A stretch of DNA of 64,000 bases from Escherichia coli (GTDB lineage: Bacteria > Pseudomonadota > Gammaproteobacteria > Enterobacterales > Enterobacteriaceae), in assembly GCF_044324785.1 (NCBI RefSeq), contig NZ_CP172127.1; one strand, given 5' to 3'. This document shows positions 1-10,511 of this stretch, in pieces. The notes beneath the pieces are model-generated. The model worked only from the letters and a program-made list of their open reading frames with translations, was not told where the DNA came from and made no database searches. Made by a program: the position numbers and the translations under genes. Within the stretch, counting starts at the first letter, position 1; each line of letters starts with the position of its first letter.

Positions 1-54
1 GTTTGAGCAGGCAATAAGTCCGGACGGGTATTTACCGCAGTCCGGACTTATTTT

Positions 55-1308
55 TCAGGCGTGCAGACGACGATGCAAACGCGTCCCGACCAGCAGAGCA
101 ATGACCAGCATCAGAGCAATAAATGCGCCGACGCCGTTCCAGCCATAGTTATGCCAGAAAACACCACCCAGCGTCCCGGCAATACTCGACCCCAGATAGT
201 AACTGAACAGATAGAGCGAGGAGGCCTGGCCTTTAGCGCGTTTTGCGCGGGGGCCGATCCAGCTGCTGGCTACTGAGTGGGCTGCGAAGAATCCGGCTGA
301 GAAGAGTAACATTCCGGCAAAGATCAGCCACAGCGAGCTGAATAAGGTCATCAGTAAACCAAACAGCATAACCCCCGTCGAAAACAACATCACCGGACCG
401 CGTCCATAGCGGGTGGTCATGGTTCCGGCTTTGGGTGAGCTCCATGTACCGGTCAAATAAGCCAGCGATAATAAGCCAACCACGGCCTGACTGACATGCC
501 AGGGGGAGAGCATCAACCGATAGCCGATGTAATTAAACAGCGTGACGAACGACCCCATCAGCAAAAAGCCTTCTGCGAACAATAACGGTAATCCCCGGTC
601 ACGCCAGTGCAGACGAAAGTTGATAAATAACGTCTTTGGTCGCAGGGAAGTCGGGCGAAAATGGCGTGATTCCGGGAGGATTTTCCAGAACATCAACGCC
701 GAGGCCAGCGCGAAACAGCCGATAGCCGCCAGAGCAATTCGCCAGTTGAAAAAGTCCGTGAAGACACCGCTAATTAAGCGTCCGCTCATGCCGCCAATTG
801 AGTTGCCGCTGATATACAACCCCATCGAAAAGGCCACGAAACTGGGGTGGATTTCCTCGCTAAGATAAGTCATGCCAACAGCTGCCACGCCACTTAACGA
901 AAGCCCAATCAAGGCGCGCATAATCAAAATGCCGTGCCAGCTGGTCATCATTGTCGAAAGTAACGTACAAATGGAGGCCAACAGTAGCGCCGTGACCATC
1001 ACTGGTTTGCGACCAATGGCATCGGATAGCGGGCCAGTAAACAGCAAACCGATAGCCAACATCGCCGTGGAAATGGACAGTGAAATACTACTGTTCGCGG
1101 GCGTTAAGCCAAACTCTTGTGAAAGCACCGGAAGGATAGGTTGCACACAATAGAGAAGTGCGAAGGTTGCCAGTCCGGCAGAGAACAGCGCCAGGGTGAC
1201 GCGCATAAATTGCGGCGTACCGCGTTTAATAAATTGATTTGGCTGAGAAATGCTTTGCTTGTCAGTGTCGCTTGCCGGAGCGCCATCAACAGTTGTAGTA
1301 CGGCTCAC
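55..1308 (-). CDS. ynfM: MFS-family inner membrane transporter
   Basis: 417-aa ORF, multiple hydrophobic helices, matches recalled YnfM; conserved position next to ynfL. Confidence 0.9.
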   Translation of the reverse strand: MSRTTTVDGAPASDTDKQSISQPNQFIKRGTPQFMRVTLALFSAGLATFALLYCVQPILPVLSQEFGLTPANSSISLSISTAMLAIGLLFTGPLSDAIGRKPVMVTALLLASICTLLSTMMTSWHGILIMRALIGLSLSGVAAVGMTYLSEEIHPSFVAFSMGLYISGNSIGGMSGRLISGVFTDFFNWRIALAAIGCFALASALMFWKILPESRHFRPTSLRPKTLFINFRLHWRDRGLPLLFAEGFLLMGSFVTLFNYIGYRLMLSPWHVSQAVVGLLSLAYLTGTWSSPKAGTMTTRYGRGPVMLFSTGVMLFGLLMTLFSSLWLIFAGMLLFSAGFFAAHSVASSWIGPRAKRAKGQASSLYLFSYYLGSSIAGTLGGVFWHNYGWNGVGAFIALMLVIALLVGTRLHRRLHA

Positions 1309-1414
1309 TTGAAATCCTTGCTAAATATGCCTGTGGATCAGGCTTATACATAGGGTAGGAAAATCGAATTGTTCTGTCTAATATATTAATAATCTCAAAT
1401 AAGATGTTTTAAAT

Positions 1415-2308
1415 ATGAATATTGAACTTCGTCATCTGCGTTACTTTGTTGCTGTTGCGGAAGAGCTGCATTTCGGGCGCGCCGCTGCCCGCCTGAATAT
1501 TTCGCAACCGCCGCTAAGTCAGCAGATTCAGGCGCTGGAGCAACAAATTGGTGCCCGACTGCTGGCACGAACCAATCGCAGTGTATTGCTGACGGCAGCA
1601 GGAAAACAGTTTCTTGCAGATAGTCGGCAAATCCTGTCTATGGTGGATGACGCTGCCGCTCGCGCTGAAAGACTGCATCAGGGTGAAGCGGGGGAGTTGC
1701 GTATTGGTTTTACTTCGTCCGCTCCTTTTATTCGGGCGGTGTCCGATACGTTATCGCTGTTTCGCCGTGATTATCCTGATGTCCATTTACAAACCCGCGA
1801 AATGAACACTCGCGAGCAAATCGCTCCGCTCATTGAAGGAACGCTGGATATGGGATTGCTGCGTAACACAGCGTTACCGGAGACGCTTGAACACGCAGTC
1901 ATCGTCCATGAACCGCTTATGGCGATGATCCCGCACGATCATCCCCTGGCAAATAACCCGAATGTAACGCTGGCTGAACTGGCGAAAGAACCCTTTGTCT
2001 TTTTTGATCCGCACGTCGGGACAGGGCTGTATGACGATATTCTCGGACTGATGCGACGTTACCATTTGACGCCCGTCATCACTCAGGAGGTGGGCGAGGC
2101 AATGACCATCATCGGTCTGGTTTCCGCCGGTCTGGGTGTTTCAATTTTGCCTGCGTCATTTAAACGTGTTCAGCTCAACGAAATGCGCTGGGTGCCGATT
2201 GCTGAAGAGGATGCGGTTTCTGAAATGTGGTTGGTCTGGCCGAAACATCATGAACAAAGTCCGGCTGCGCGTAACTTTCGTATTCATCTGCTGAATGCTC
2301 TCAGGTGA
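1415..2308 (+). CDS. ynfL: LysR-type transcriptional regulator
   Basis: 297-aa ORF with N-terminal LysR HTH (LRYFVAVAEELHFGRAA), divergent from ynfM. Confidence 0.9.
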   Translation: MNIELRHLRYFVAVAEELHFGRAAARLNISQPPLSQQIQALEQQIGARLLARTNRSVLLTAAGKQFLADSRQILSMVDDAAARAERLHQGEAGELRIGFTSSAPFIRAVSDTLSLFRRDYPDVHLQTREMNTREQIAPLIEGTLDMGLLRNTALPETLEHAVIVHEPLMAMIPHDHPLANNPNVTLAELAKEPFVFFDPHVGTGLYDDILGLMRRYHLTPVITQEVGEAMTIIGLVSAGLGVSILPASFKRVQLNEMRWVPIAEEDAVSEMWLVWPKHHEQSPAARNFRIHLLNALR

Positions 2309-2442
2309 GGGAAATTTCAGCGAAAAAGCCCGAAAAATGTGCTGTTAATCACATGCCTAAGTAAAAATTTGACGACACGTATTGAAGTGCTTCACCATAG
2401 CCTACAGATTATTTCGGAGCGCGAAAATATAGGGAGTATGCG

Positions 2443-3663
2443 GTGGTTGCTGAAAACCAGCCTGGGCACATTGATCAAATAAAGCAGACCAACGCGGGCG
2501 CGGTTTATCGCCTGATTGATCAGCTTGGTCCAGTCTCGCGTATCGATCTTTCCCGTCTGGCGCAACTGGCTCCTGCCAGTATCACCAAAATTGTCCGTGA
2601 GATGCTCGAAGCACACTTGGTGCAAGAGCTGGAAATCAAAGAAGCGGGGAACCGTGGCCGTCCGGCGGTGGGGCTGGTGGTTGAAACTGAAGCCTGGCAC
2701 TATCTTTCTCTGCGCATTAGTCGCGGGGAGATTTTCCTTGCTTTGCGCGATCTGAGCAGCAAACTGGTGGTGGAAGAGTCGCAGGAACTGGCGTTAAAAG
2801 ATGACTTGCCATTGCTGGATCGTATTATTTCCCATATCGATCAGTTTTTTATCCGCCATCAGAAAAAACTTGAGCGTCTGACTTCGATTGCCATTACCTT
2901 GCCGGGAATTATTGATACGGAAAATGGTATTGTACATCGCATGCCGTTCTACGAGGATGTAAAAGAGATGCCGCTCGGCGAGGCGCTGGAGCAGCATACC
3001 GGCGTACCGGTTTATATTCAGCATGATATCAGCGCATGGACGATGGCTGAGGCCTTGTTTGGTGCCTCACGCGGGGCGCGCGATGTGATTCAGGTGGTTA
3101 TCGATCACAACGTGGGGGCGGGCGTCATTACCGATGGTCATCTGCTACACGCAGGCAGCAGTAGCCTCGTGGAAATAGGTCACACGCAGGTCGACCCGTA
3201 TGGGAAACGCTGTTATTGCGGGAATCACGGCTGCCTCGAAACCATCGCCAGTGTGGACAGTATTCTTGAGCTGGCACAGCTGCGTCTTAATCAATCCATG
3301 AGCTCGATGTTACATGGACAGCCGTTAACCGTGGACTCATTGTGTCAGGCGGCATTGCGCGGCGATCTACTGGCAAAAGACATCATTACCGGGGTGGGCG
3401 CGCATGTCGGGCGCATTCTTGCCATCATGGTGAATTTATTTAACCCACAAAAAATACTGATTGGCTCACCGTTAAGTAAAGCGGCAGAAATCCTCTTCCC
3501 GGTCATCTCGGACAGCATCCGTCAGCAGGCCCTTCCTGCGTATAGTCAGCACATTAGCGTTGAGAGTACTCAGTTTTCTAACCAGGGCACGATGGCAGGC
3601 GCTGCGCTGGTAAAAGACGCGATGTATAACGGTTCTTTGTTGATTCGTCTGTTGCAGGGTTAA
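2443..3663 (+). CDS. mlc: ROK-family global repressor Mlc (DgsA)
   Basis: 406-aa ORF, probable GTG start, ROK family with Cys-rich zinc motif (CYCGNHGCLE). Confidence 0.9.
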   Translation: MVAENQPGHIDQIKQTNAGAVYRLIDQLGPVSRIDLSRLAQLAPASITKIVREMLEAHLVQELEIKEAGNRGRPAVGLVVETEAWHYLSLRISRGEIFLALRDLSSKLVVEESQELALKDDLPLLDRIISHIDQFFIRHQKKLERLTSIAITLPGIIDTENGIVHRMPFYEDVKEMPLGEALEQHTGVPVYIQHDISAWTMAEALFGASRGARDVIQVVIDHNVGAGVITDGHLLHAGSSSLVEIGHTQVDPYGKRCYCGNHGCLETIASVDSILELAQLRLNQSMSSMLHGQPLTVDSLCQAALRGDLLAKDIITGVGAHVGRILAIMVNLFNPQKILIGSPLSKAAEILFPVISDSIRQQALPAYSQHISVESTQFSNQGTMAGAALVKDAMYNGSLLIRLLQG

Positions 3664-3787
3664 CATTTTTTAACTGTTCTACCAAAATTTGCGCTATCTC
3701 AATTTGGGCCAGGAAAGCATAACTTAGACTTTCAAGGTTAATTATTTTCCTGGTTTATATTTGTGAAGCATAACGGTGGAGTTAGTG

Positions 3788-4483
3788 ATGCTGAAGCGTT
3801 TCTTTATTACCGGTACAGACACTTCTGTAGGGAAAACGGTGGTTTCCCGCGCATTGCTACAAGCGTTAGCCTCCCAGGGAAAAACGGTTGCGGGATATAA
3901 ACCCGTAGCGAAGGGGAGCAAAGAGACACCCGAAGGGCTGCGTAATAAAGATGCCCTGGTGTTGCAGAGTGTTTCAACCATCGAACTGCCTTATGAAGCA
4001 GTTAATCCTATCGCGTTAAGCGAAGAAGAAAGTAGCGTGGCGCACAGTTGCCCAATCAATTACACCCTCATTTCAAACGGCCTGGCAAACCTGACCGATA
4101 AAGTCGATCATGTCGTGGTAGAAGGGACTGGCGGCTGGCGCAGTCTGATGAATGATTTGCGTCCGCTCTCTGAATGGGTGGTGCAGGAACAACTGCCGGT
4201 ATTGATGGTTGTCGGTATTCAGGAAGGTTGCATTAACCATGCACTACTAACAGCTCAGGCGATTGCCAACGACGGGCTGCCGCTCATTGGCTGGGTGGCT
4301 AACCGAATCAATCCAGGACTGGCGCATTATGCGGAAATCATTGATGTGCTGGGTAAAAAACTTCCGGCACCGCTCATTGGTGAACTGCCTTATCTGCCGC
4401 GCGCCGAACAGCGTGAACTGGGGCAATACATCCGCTTAGCTATGCTTCGCAGTGTGCTGGCGGTAGATAGAGTCACGGTGTAA
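3788..4483 (+). CDS. ynfK: dethiobiotin synthetase paralog (BioD-like)
   Basis: P-loop GTDTSVGKT near N-terminus; start taken at MLKRFF to give 231 aa. Confidence 0.85.
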   Translation: MLKRFFITGTDTSVGKTVVSRALLQALASQGKTVAGYKPVAKGSKETPEGLRNKDALVLQSVSTIELPYEAVNPIALSEEESSVAHSCPINYTLISNGLANLTDKVDHVVVEGTGGWRSLMNDLRPLSEWVVQEQLPVLMVVGIQEGCINHALLTAQAIANDGLPLIGWVANRINPGLAHYAEIIDVLGKKLPAPLIGELPYLPRAEQRELGQYIRLAMLRSVLAVDRVTV

Positions 4484-5692
4484 CGTCCGCGAAATTACCG
4501 ACGCAATTACGCAGGCAATCAATAAACCGGGGAGTAGCTGATACTCCCCGGTCATTTCACATATCATCAACGTCGACATAATCGGCGCGTGCGTGGTTGC
4601 CGCCAACAGTGTCGCCATCCCGGTCAATCCTAGTAAAAGCGTAATTTCTTCCCCGTCAGGGAACCATAATCCCAGGCTACGACCATACAACATGCCAATG
4701 GCAAGACCGATAAATAGTGTCGGTGTAAAGACACCACCGGGCGCGCCAGAACCACTACTCGCCAGCACGGCAAACAGTTTACAGAGGAAGATCCCGGCAA
4801 TGATCATTAACAGTGGCGGGGCGGTTAAAAAGGATTGTACGGTGCTATAGCCGTTGCCCCACACTGCAGGTGTGACCAGGGAAAGCTGACCCACGATTAA
4901 GCCGCCCAGTGCCAGTTGCCAGGGCGGCGCAAGTTTGAGACTTACAAATCCACGATGACAGGCGTTCATTAACGTTAACAACAGTGGTCCGCACAGACCT
5001 GCCAGCACACCTGTACTGATAATCAGCGCATAGTCACGAGCCTGAACCGTCACTGAGAGTTGTACGCTGTAGAGTAACGCGTCGCTATGATTAATCAGAT
5101 TGCTAACCAGCAACGCCACGACGGCGGAAATAATCACCGGGCCGAGAGAGGCCAACATCATAGTGCCAAACAGCACTTCGGCTATAAATAAACTGCCAGC
5201 AAGCGGGGCGCGATAGGCCGCAGCCATTCCCGCCGCAGCTCCACAGGCGATCCATAATTTACACTCCTGGCGTGGCGTAAAACGTTGGGCAAAACAGGAG
5301 GCGGCAAGGGCAGCTAAAAGAATCATCGCACCTTCGCGACCAATTGCACTGCCGCTGGTTACTACCAGCAGCGAGGCAAGGGATTTAACCAGGCTTGCTG
5401 CGTAATCAAACTGCCCATCGGTTTGCAACGCTTCCATGTAATCGGTCGGCGCATGAGGGCGTTGCTGGGTAAATTTCTGCCAGCCCATCAACAACAAACC
5501 CGCCGCCAGTCCGCCGAGCGCCGGAGTTAGCAGCCGTCGCCACGGGGAAAGATTTGTCGCTGCATTGACCAGACTGCCGGAGTCATTATTGAGGAACAAC
5601 CACTCCAGTAGCAGCATTGCATGACGAAACCCGGCAACGGCAAAGGCCGCAAGAATACCGACGACTGTTGCGATAAGCAGACGGCGGAACAT
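4436..5692 (-). CDS. clcB: ClC-family voltage-gated chloride channel
   Basis: Polytopic membrane protein with GSGAPGGVF-type ClC motifs; start placed at MFRRLL within the longer ORF. Confidence 0.85.
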   Translation of the reverse strand: MFRRLLIATVVGILAAFAVAGFRHAMLLLEWLFLNNDSGSLVNAATNLSPWRRLLTPALGGLAAGLLLMGWQKFTQQRPHAPTDYMEALQTDGQFDYAASLVKSLASLLVVTSGSAIGREGAMILLAALAASCFAQRFTPRQECKLWIACGAAAGMAAAYRAPLAGSLFIAEVLFGTMMLASLGPVIISAVVALLVSNLINHSDALLYSVQLSVTVQARDYALIISTGVLAGLCGPLLLTLMNACHRGFVSLKLAPPWQLALGGLIVGQLSLVTPAVWGNGYSTVQSFLTAPPLLMIIAGIFLCKLFAVLASSGSGAPGGVFTPTLFIGLAIGMLYGRSLGLWFPDGEEITLLLGLTGMATLLAATTHAPIMSTLMICEMTGEYQLLPGLLIACVIASVISRTLHRDSIYRQHTAKHS

Positions 5693-5886
5693 AGTGCGCA
5701 GATCCGGATAGATGTGTAGATGATGCATGAGCAGAAATGGGCAATGAAACACGGGCGACTATTTTGCGGCAAAAGAGGCCAGCCGCAAAAGCAGTGCGTG
5801 CTTTAAGAGATAAAAAAACGTGACACTGTAACCTATTATTGCCGAATTGCGCGTAATCGTCACCATCCGGCAATAATAAGGTGATC

Positions 5887-6501
5887 CTATCGAAAGAGTG
5901 GTTTAACCGCGACAGGAATTAACAGTTGTGATTGCCATTGCGCCAGCGTTAAGCGAGCCAGTTCACCCAGTGCACGGTAGAAAGGGTGTTCTGCTTTTTC
6001 GATAAAAACGTCAAGAAAACGTGTTGACCACGGAAAAAGGTGCCATGCCAGCAATTCTTCGCATTCTGTCTGGCGACCATTCTCCGCCAACCACGCAGCC
6101 ATCAACAGCAGTGAACCAAAATGATCTTCCGGTTCGTTTTGCTTCATTTCAAACTGAATGCCTTTCTCGCGCATCCACTGACGAAGTGCCAATGTTGAAT
6201 CGCCAAACAGCACAGATTCGCGATCCAGCCAGACCGATCCCCACGGCGGTGACGGCAGTGCCCACGGGCCGACAAACAAACGCTGCCAGGCCTGGGCGTG
6301 AGTCTCTTCACTCTGTGTCTGAAAAGCCGTCACCAGCGGCGCTAATGACGCTTCTGGTAGAGGCCACTGAGTTTCCCAGCCGTCACGGGTGAGTACCGCA
6401 ACCAGGGGGGCGGCTTCCGCACTCTCTGGAGCGTAATAAAACAGCGCGCCCAACACGCGCGCCGCGACAGAAAAATTATCTTGCTGTGAAAAATGGGTCA
6501 T
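5887..6501 (-). CDS. dmsD: Tat proofreading chaperone DmsD
   Basis: Begins MTHFSQQDNFSVAARVLGALFYYAPE, matches recalled DmsD; lies downstream of ynfEFGH. Confidence 0.9.
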   Translation of the reverse strand: MTHFSQQDNFSVAARVLGALFYYAPESAEAAPLVAVLTRDGWETQWPLPEASLAPLVTAFQTQSEETHAQAWQRLFVGPWALPSPPWGSVWLDRESVLFGDSTLALRQWMREKGIQFEMKQNEPEDHFGSLLLMAAWLAENGRQTECEELLAWHLFPWSTRFLDVFIEKAEHPFYRALGELARLTLAQWQSQLLIPVAVKPLFR

Positions 6502-6543
6502 TCCTAACATCCTGAAATGTGCGGGTTGCCCCGCACCAATTTG

Positions 6544-7398
6544 TTAACCTGCAATAGCCATTCCTACCGTCATGTGCAGGCCATAAAAGAGCACACGCCC
6601 GATCATCTCACCGCCAAGTATGAGGATTAGCCCCAGAACAAGTCCGGCAACGTGAGGTTCACGGCGACGAATGAGCGGACAAAGCCAGCATCCTAGACCT
6701 GCGCATAACAATACCACACGCCAGACCTGTAAGGAGGCGTAATCTGGTACCAGTGCGCTGGCTTGTTGTACGGATGAGTGAATAGACGCCAGAGACAAAC
6801 CTTGCAGCACAATCACCCCGGCACAAGCGATCAGCGCCAGAACGCTAATGATGGCAAATGGTGTGGTATTAAATGTAACGCGGGCTGCCCGCAGAATTGC
6901 GGCAGCAAGTATTGGACCACTCAATAATACTGTCAGGAAGAAAGCCAGCGTAGTGTAACCGTTATGCCAGGTTGGCACAGTGTCGATTTGATACACGCCG
7001 GTCATCATCCAGACGAAAATGACGCCGAGCGCCATGCTGACAAGTAACCAGAGTTTCCCCAACGCTTGCGGCATTTTACCGATGACCGCCACCAGCCACC
7101 ATAATCCGCCAACGGCAAAAAATATTGAACCGGCAGCAATCTCGTTACTCAGACCAGAAGCACCGATTCGATTCAGCGAGTTAAACGCTCGCAGTGGCGA
7201 TCCCAGGTGCATGACAGAGGCAATAAACCCGATGCCCATCAACAGCCAGAGGAAAAACATGCCACGAACAATGTGCTGACGGTCTGCGTCATTTTTGGCG
7301 GCGAACCAGCCAATTCCGCTAACAATCAGCGCGCCTACTACGCATTGACCCAATACGGTAAAGATAACCAGTGGCCATTCATGCCATCCATTTCCAAT
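6544..7398 (-). CDS. ynfH: DmsC-type membrane anchor subunit of the YnfEFGH oxidoreductase
   Basis: Hydrophobic polytopic ORF directly after ynfG; start codon uncertain because no ATG sits at the expected 284-aa start. Confidence 0.75.
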   Translation of the reverse strand: MGNGWHEWPLVIFTVLGQCVVGALIVSGIGWFAAKNDADRQHIVRGMFFLWLLMGIGFIASVMHLGSPLRAFNSLNRIGASGLSNEIAAGSIFFAVGGLWWLVAVIGKMPQALGKLWLLVSMALGVIFVWMMTGVYQIDTVPTWHNGYTTLAFFLTVLLSGPILAAAILRAARVTFNTTPFAIISVLALIACAGVIVLQGLSLASIHSSVQQASALVPDYASLQVWRVVLLCAGLGCWLCPLIRRREPHVAGLVLGLILILGGEMIGRVLFYGLHMTVGMAIAG

Positions 7399-7399
7399 T

Positions 7400-8017
7400 T
7401 TACACTTCCTCCGGATTAGCCAGATAACCAGTGGTATCGCCGGTCGGGCGGCTGTTGGCGTTAGGTTTGATAACGATATTGGGTTTTGTGAAATGCGCGC
7501 GCGGCAGTGGCGCGACGGCAGCCAGAGTGCCGTACTTCTGGCGCAGCTCTTCAATTGGACCGAACTCAAGTGCACGCAGCGGGCAGGATTCGACACATAT
7601 GGGTTGTTTCCCCTCGGCGACGCGCGAATAACAACCATCGCACTTCGTCATGTGCCCTTTTTCAGCATTGTACTGTGGCGCGCCGTACGGACAAGCCATG
7701 TGGCAGTAGCGGCAGCCGATACAAACATCTTCATCAACCACCACAAAGCCATCTTCACGCTTATGCATTGCGCCGCTGGGGCAGACTTTTGTACATGCGG
7801 GGTCATCGCAATGGTTACAGGAGATGGAGAGATAATAAGCGAACACGTTCTGGTGCCAGACGCCATTATCTTCCTGCCAGTCGCCGCCAGCATATTCATA
7901 AATACGGCGGAAACTGACTTCCGGGCCAAGATCTTTAAAATCTTTGCACGCCAGTTCGCAGGTTTTACAGCCAGTACAGCGGCTGGAATCGATAAAAAAT
8001 CCATATTGTGTGGTCAT
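7400..8017 (-). CDS. ynfG: 4Fe-4S ferredoxin-type subunit (DmsB-like)
   Basis: 205 aa with four CxxCxxCxxxCP clusters. Confidence 0.9.
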   Translation of the reverse strand: MTTQYGFFIDSSRCTGCKTCELACKDFKDLGPEVSFRRIYEYAGGDWQEDNGVWHQNVFAYYLSISCNHCDDPACTKVCPSGAMHKREDGFVVVDEDVCIGCRYCHMACPYGAPQYNAEKGHMTKCDGCYSRVAEGKQPICVESCPLRALEFGPIEELRQKYGTLAAVAPLPRAHFTKPNIVIKPNANSRPTGDTTGYLANPEEV

Positions 8018-8027
8018 GGGCTACTCC

Positions 8028-10454
8028 TTAAACCTTTTCGATCTGGACAAGATTGCTGTGCGACGGGTTTCCCTTTGCCAGCGGTGAAGGGCGGTGAGAG
8101 GTCAGAATATTAATACTGCCGCCGTGATCGACCCGGTCACCAAACATATCCGCTTTAAGCCACGCACCTTGCCCGATGGCGGTAACGCCAGGCAGAATAC
8201 GCGGAGTCACTTTTGCGGCAATCAGCATTTCTCCATTATTGTTAAATACCCGCACGGTATCGCCATGACGGATACCGCGTGCCTGAGCATCAATAGGGTT
8301 GATCCACACCTCTTGTGGGCAGGCCTGCTGTAACACATCAATATTGCCGTAGCTGGAGTGGGTACGCGCTTTGTAGTGGAAGCCCGTTAACTGCAGTGGA
8401 TAGGTTTTCCGCAGGGGATCGTCCCAGCCATCAAAACCTGGGGTATACGCAGGAAGGGGATGAATAATTTCATCTTTTTTCAATTCCCAGGTATCCGCAA
8501 TCGTCGCCAGTCGTTCAGAATAAATTTCGATTTTCCCCGAAGGTGTTTTCAACGGGTTTGCCTGTGGATCTTCACGGAATGCGCGGAAAGCGACGTAGTG
8601 TTCTTCCGGGCATTTTTTCTTAAAGATCCCGGTCGTTTTCATCTCCTCGTAGTCGGGCATCTCAGGGTTACGTTCCTTCGTTTTCGCATGGAGATATTTG
8701 ATCCATTCGTGCTGACTGCGGTCTTCAGTAAAGGTTTGATAAACGTCTGGTCCTAAGCGTTTGGCGACTTCGCTCAGCATCCAGTAGATGGGTTTGCGTT
8801 CAAATTTTGCTGAGGTTGCGGGTTGGGCGAGGATCACATAGCCCATATTCCCGGCAGATTCGTGAGAGATAAGGTCTTCTTGCTCTGTTGGCATCAGGTC
8901 GGGCAACAGGATATCGCAATACTTAGCCGAGGCAGTCATGAAGTGGTCAATGCCAACAATCATCTCGCACTTGCTGTCATCCTGAAGCACCTCATGGGTG
9001 TGATTGATGTCGCCATGTTGATTGATCAATGTGTTACTGGCGTAGCACCATAAAAACTTGATGGGGACATCCAGTTTTTCTTTTCCACGAACACCATCAC
9101 GGGTCGCGGTCATTTCCGTACCGTGGTCGATGGCATCTGTCCATGTAAAGACGGAAATCTGCGTTTTAACAGGATTCTCGAGCATCGGGAACCATTCTAC
9201 CCCCAGATCCCAGCTACCTTCGCGTACACCTGAGTTGCCGCCGTTTATGCCGACGTTACCGGTGAGAACGGAAAGCATGGCAATAGCGCGGGACGTTTGC
9301 TCGCCGTTGGAGTGTCGTTGTGGCCCCCAACCCTGACAAATATAAGCAGGTTTTGCTGAACCGATCTCTCGTGCCAACTGGATAATTTTTTCTGCCGGTA
9401 TGCTGGTGATTTTTGCTGCCCATTCCGGCGTTTTAGCTATGCCGTCAGGCCCTTCGCCCAGAATATAGGCTTTATAATGCGCGTTACGTGGTGCGTTGGC
9501 GGGCAGCGTTTTTTCATCGTAACCAACACAATATTTGTCGAGAAATGGCTGATCGACCATGTTTTCAGTAATCAGTACCCAGGCAATCGCACAGGCCAGT
9601 GCGCCATCGGTGCCTGGGCGAATTGGCAGCCATTCATCTTCACGCCCGGCAGCAGTGTCGTTATAACGTGGATCGATGACGATCATGCGTGCGTTTGAAC
9701 GTTCTCGGGCTTGCTCGACGTAGTAAGTGACACCACCGCCGCTCATCCGGGTTTCTGCCGGGTTATTTCCGAACATAACGACCAGTTTCGTATTGGCGAT
9801 ATCATCCGGGCTGTTGCCATCATTGGCACCGAACATATAACTCATTGCGGCACTGATCTGTGCGGTACTGTAGCTACCATAGCGACTGAGAAAACCACCG
9901 CAAGAGTTCATCAGACGGTACGGGACGTTTGAGTTGGTGATGTTTCCGCCATCTACGCCTGTTCCGTACAGGACATGTACAGCCTCATTGCCGTAATCTT
10001 TTAGGATCCGCCGAAGATTATCACTGATGGTATCCAGGGCTTCGTCCCAACTTATCCGTTCAAATTTACCTTCACCGCGCTTGCCGACGCGCTTCATGGG
10101 ATATTTCAGCCGATCAGGATGATTCATCCGTCGGCGGATAGAGCGCCCGCGTAAACACGCCCGAACCTGATGATTACCGTAAACGTCGTCACCTGTCGTA
10201 TCAGACTCCACCCAGTACACAGTGTCATCTTTCACATGCAAACGTAACAGACAGCGGCTCCCGCAGTTAACGGTGCAGGAACTCCAGACCGCTTTCTCTT
10301 CTACCGGTGCCTCTGCCGCTCGGACCATTTGGGAAAATGGCAGAGTGAAAGCACTGCTTGCCAGCGCGAGACTGCCAAGTGCGGAGGTTTTCATCAGACT
10401 TCTACGGCTGATTTCAGCCTTCATGAGCGCCTCTGTGGTATGGAATTTCATCAT
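8028..10454 (-). CDS. ynfF: molybdopterin oxidoreductase catalytic subunit (DmsA paralog)
   Basis: 808 aa, twin-arginine signal SRRSLMK, molybdopterin oxidoreductase family; tandem paralog of ynfE. Confidence 0.9.
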   Translation of the reverse strand: MMKFHTTEALMKAEISRRSLMKTSALGSLALASSAFTLPFSQMVRAAEAPVEEKAVWSSCTVNCGSRCLLRLHVKDDTVYWVESDTTGDDVYGNHQVRACLRGRSIRRRMNHPDRLKYPMKRVGKRGEGKFERISWDEALDTISDNLRRILKDYGNEAVHVLYGTGVDGGNITNSNVPYRLMNSCGGFLSRYGSYSTAQISAAMSYMFGANDGNSPDDIANTKLVVMFGNNPAETRMSGGGVTYYVEQARERSNARMIVIDPRYNDTAAGREDEWLPIRPGTDGALACAIAWVLITENMVDQPFLDKYCVGYDEKTLPANAPRNAHYKAYILGEGPDGIAKTPEWAAKITSIPAEKIIQLAREIGSAKPAYICQGWGPQRHSNGEQTSRAIAMLSVLTGNVGINGGNSGVREGSWDLGVEWFPMLENPVKTQISVFTWTDAIDHGTEMTATRDGVRGKEKLDVPIKFLWCYASNTLINQHGDINHTHEVLQDDSKCEMIVGIDHFMTASAKYCDILLPDLMPTEQEDLISHESAGNMGYVILAQPATSAKFERKPIYWMLSEVAKRLGPDVYQTFTEDRSQHEWIKYLHAKTKERNPEMPDYEEMKTTGIFKKKCPEEHYVAFRAFREDPQANPLKTPSGKIEIYSERLATIADTWELKKDEIIHPLPAYTPGFDGWDDPLRKTYPLQLTGFHYKARTHSSYGNIDVLQQACPQEVWINPIDAQARGIRHGDTVRVFNNNGEMLIAAKVTPRILPGVTAIGQGAWLKADMFGDRVDHGGSINILTSHRPSPLAKGNPSHSNLVQIEKV

Positions 10455-10511
10455 TACTCACTTATTGCTTTTCAAACAAAATGTCATGCCAGAATTTATG
10501 GTTGTAGTGGG

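Noticed and set aside
7493-8113. Plus-strand ORFs of 136-206 aa inside ynfG/ynfF
   Set aside because: Shadow ORFs antisense to well-supported genes
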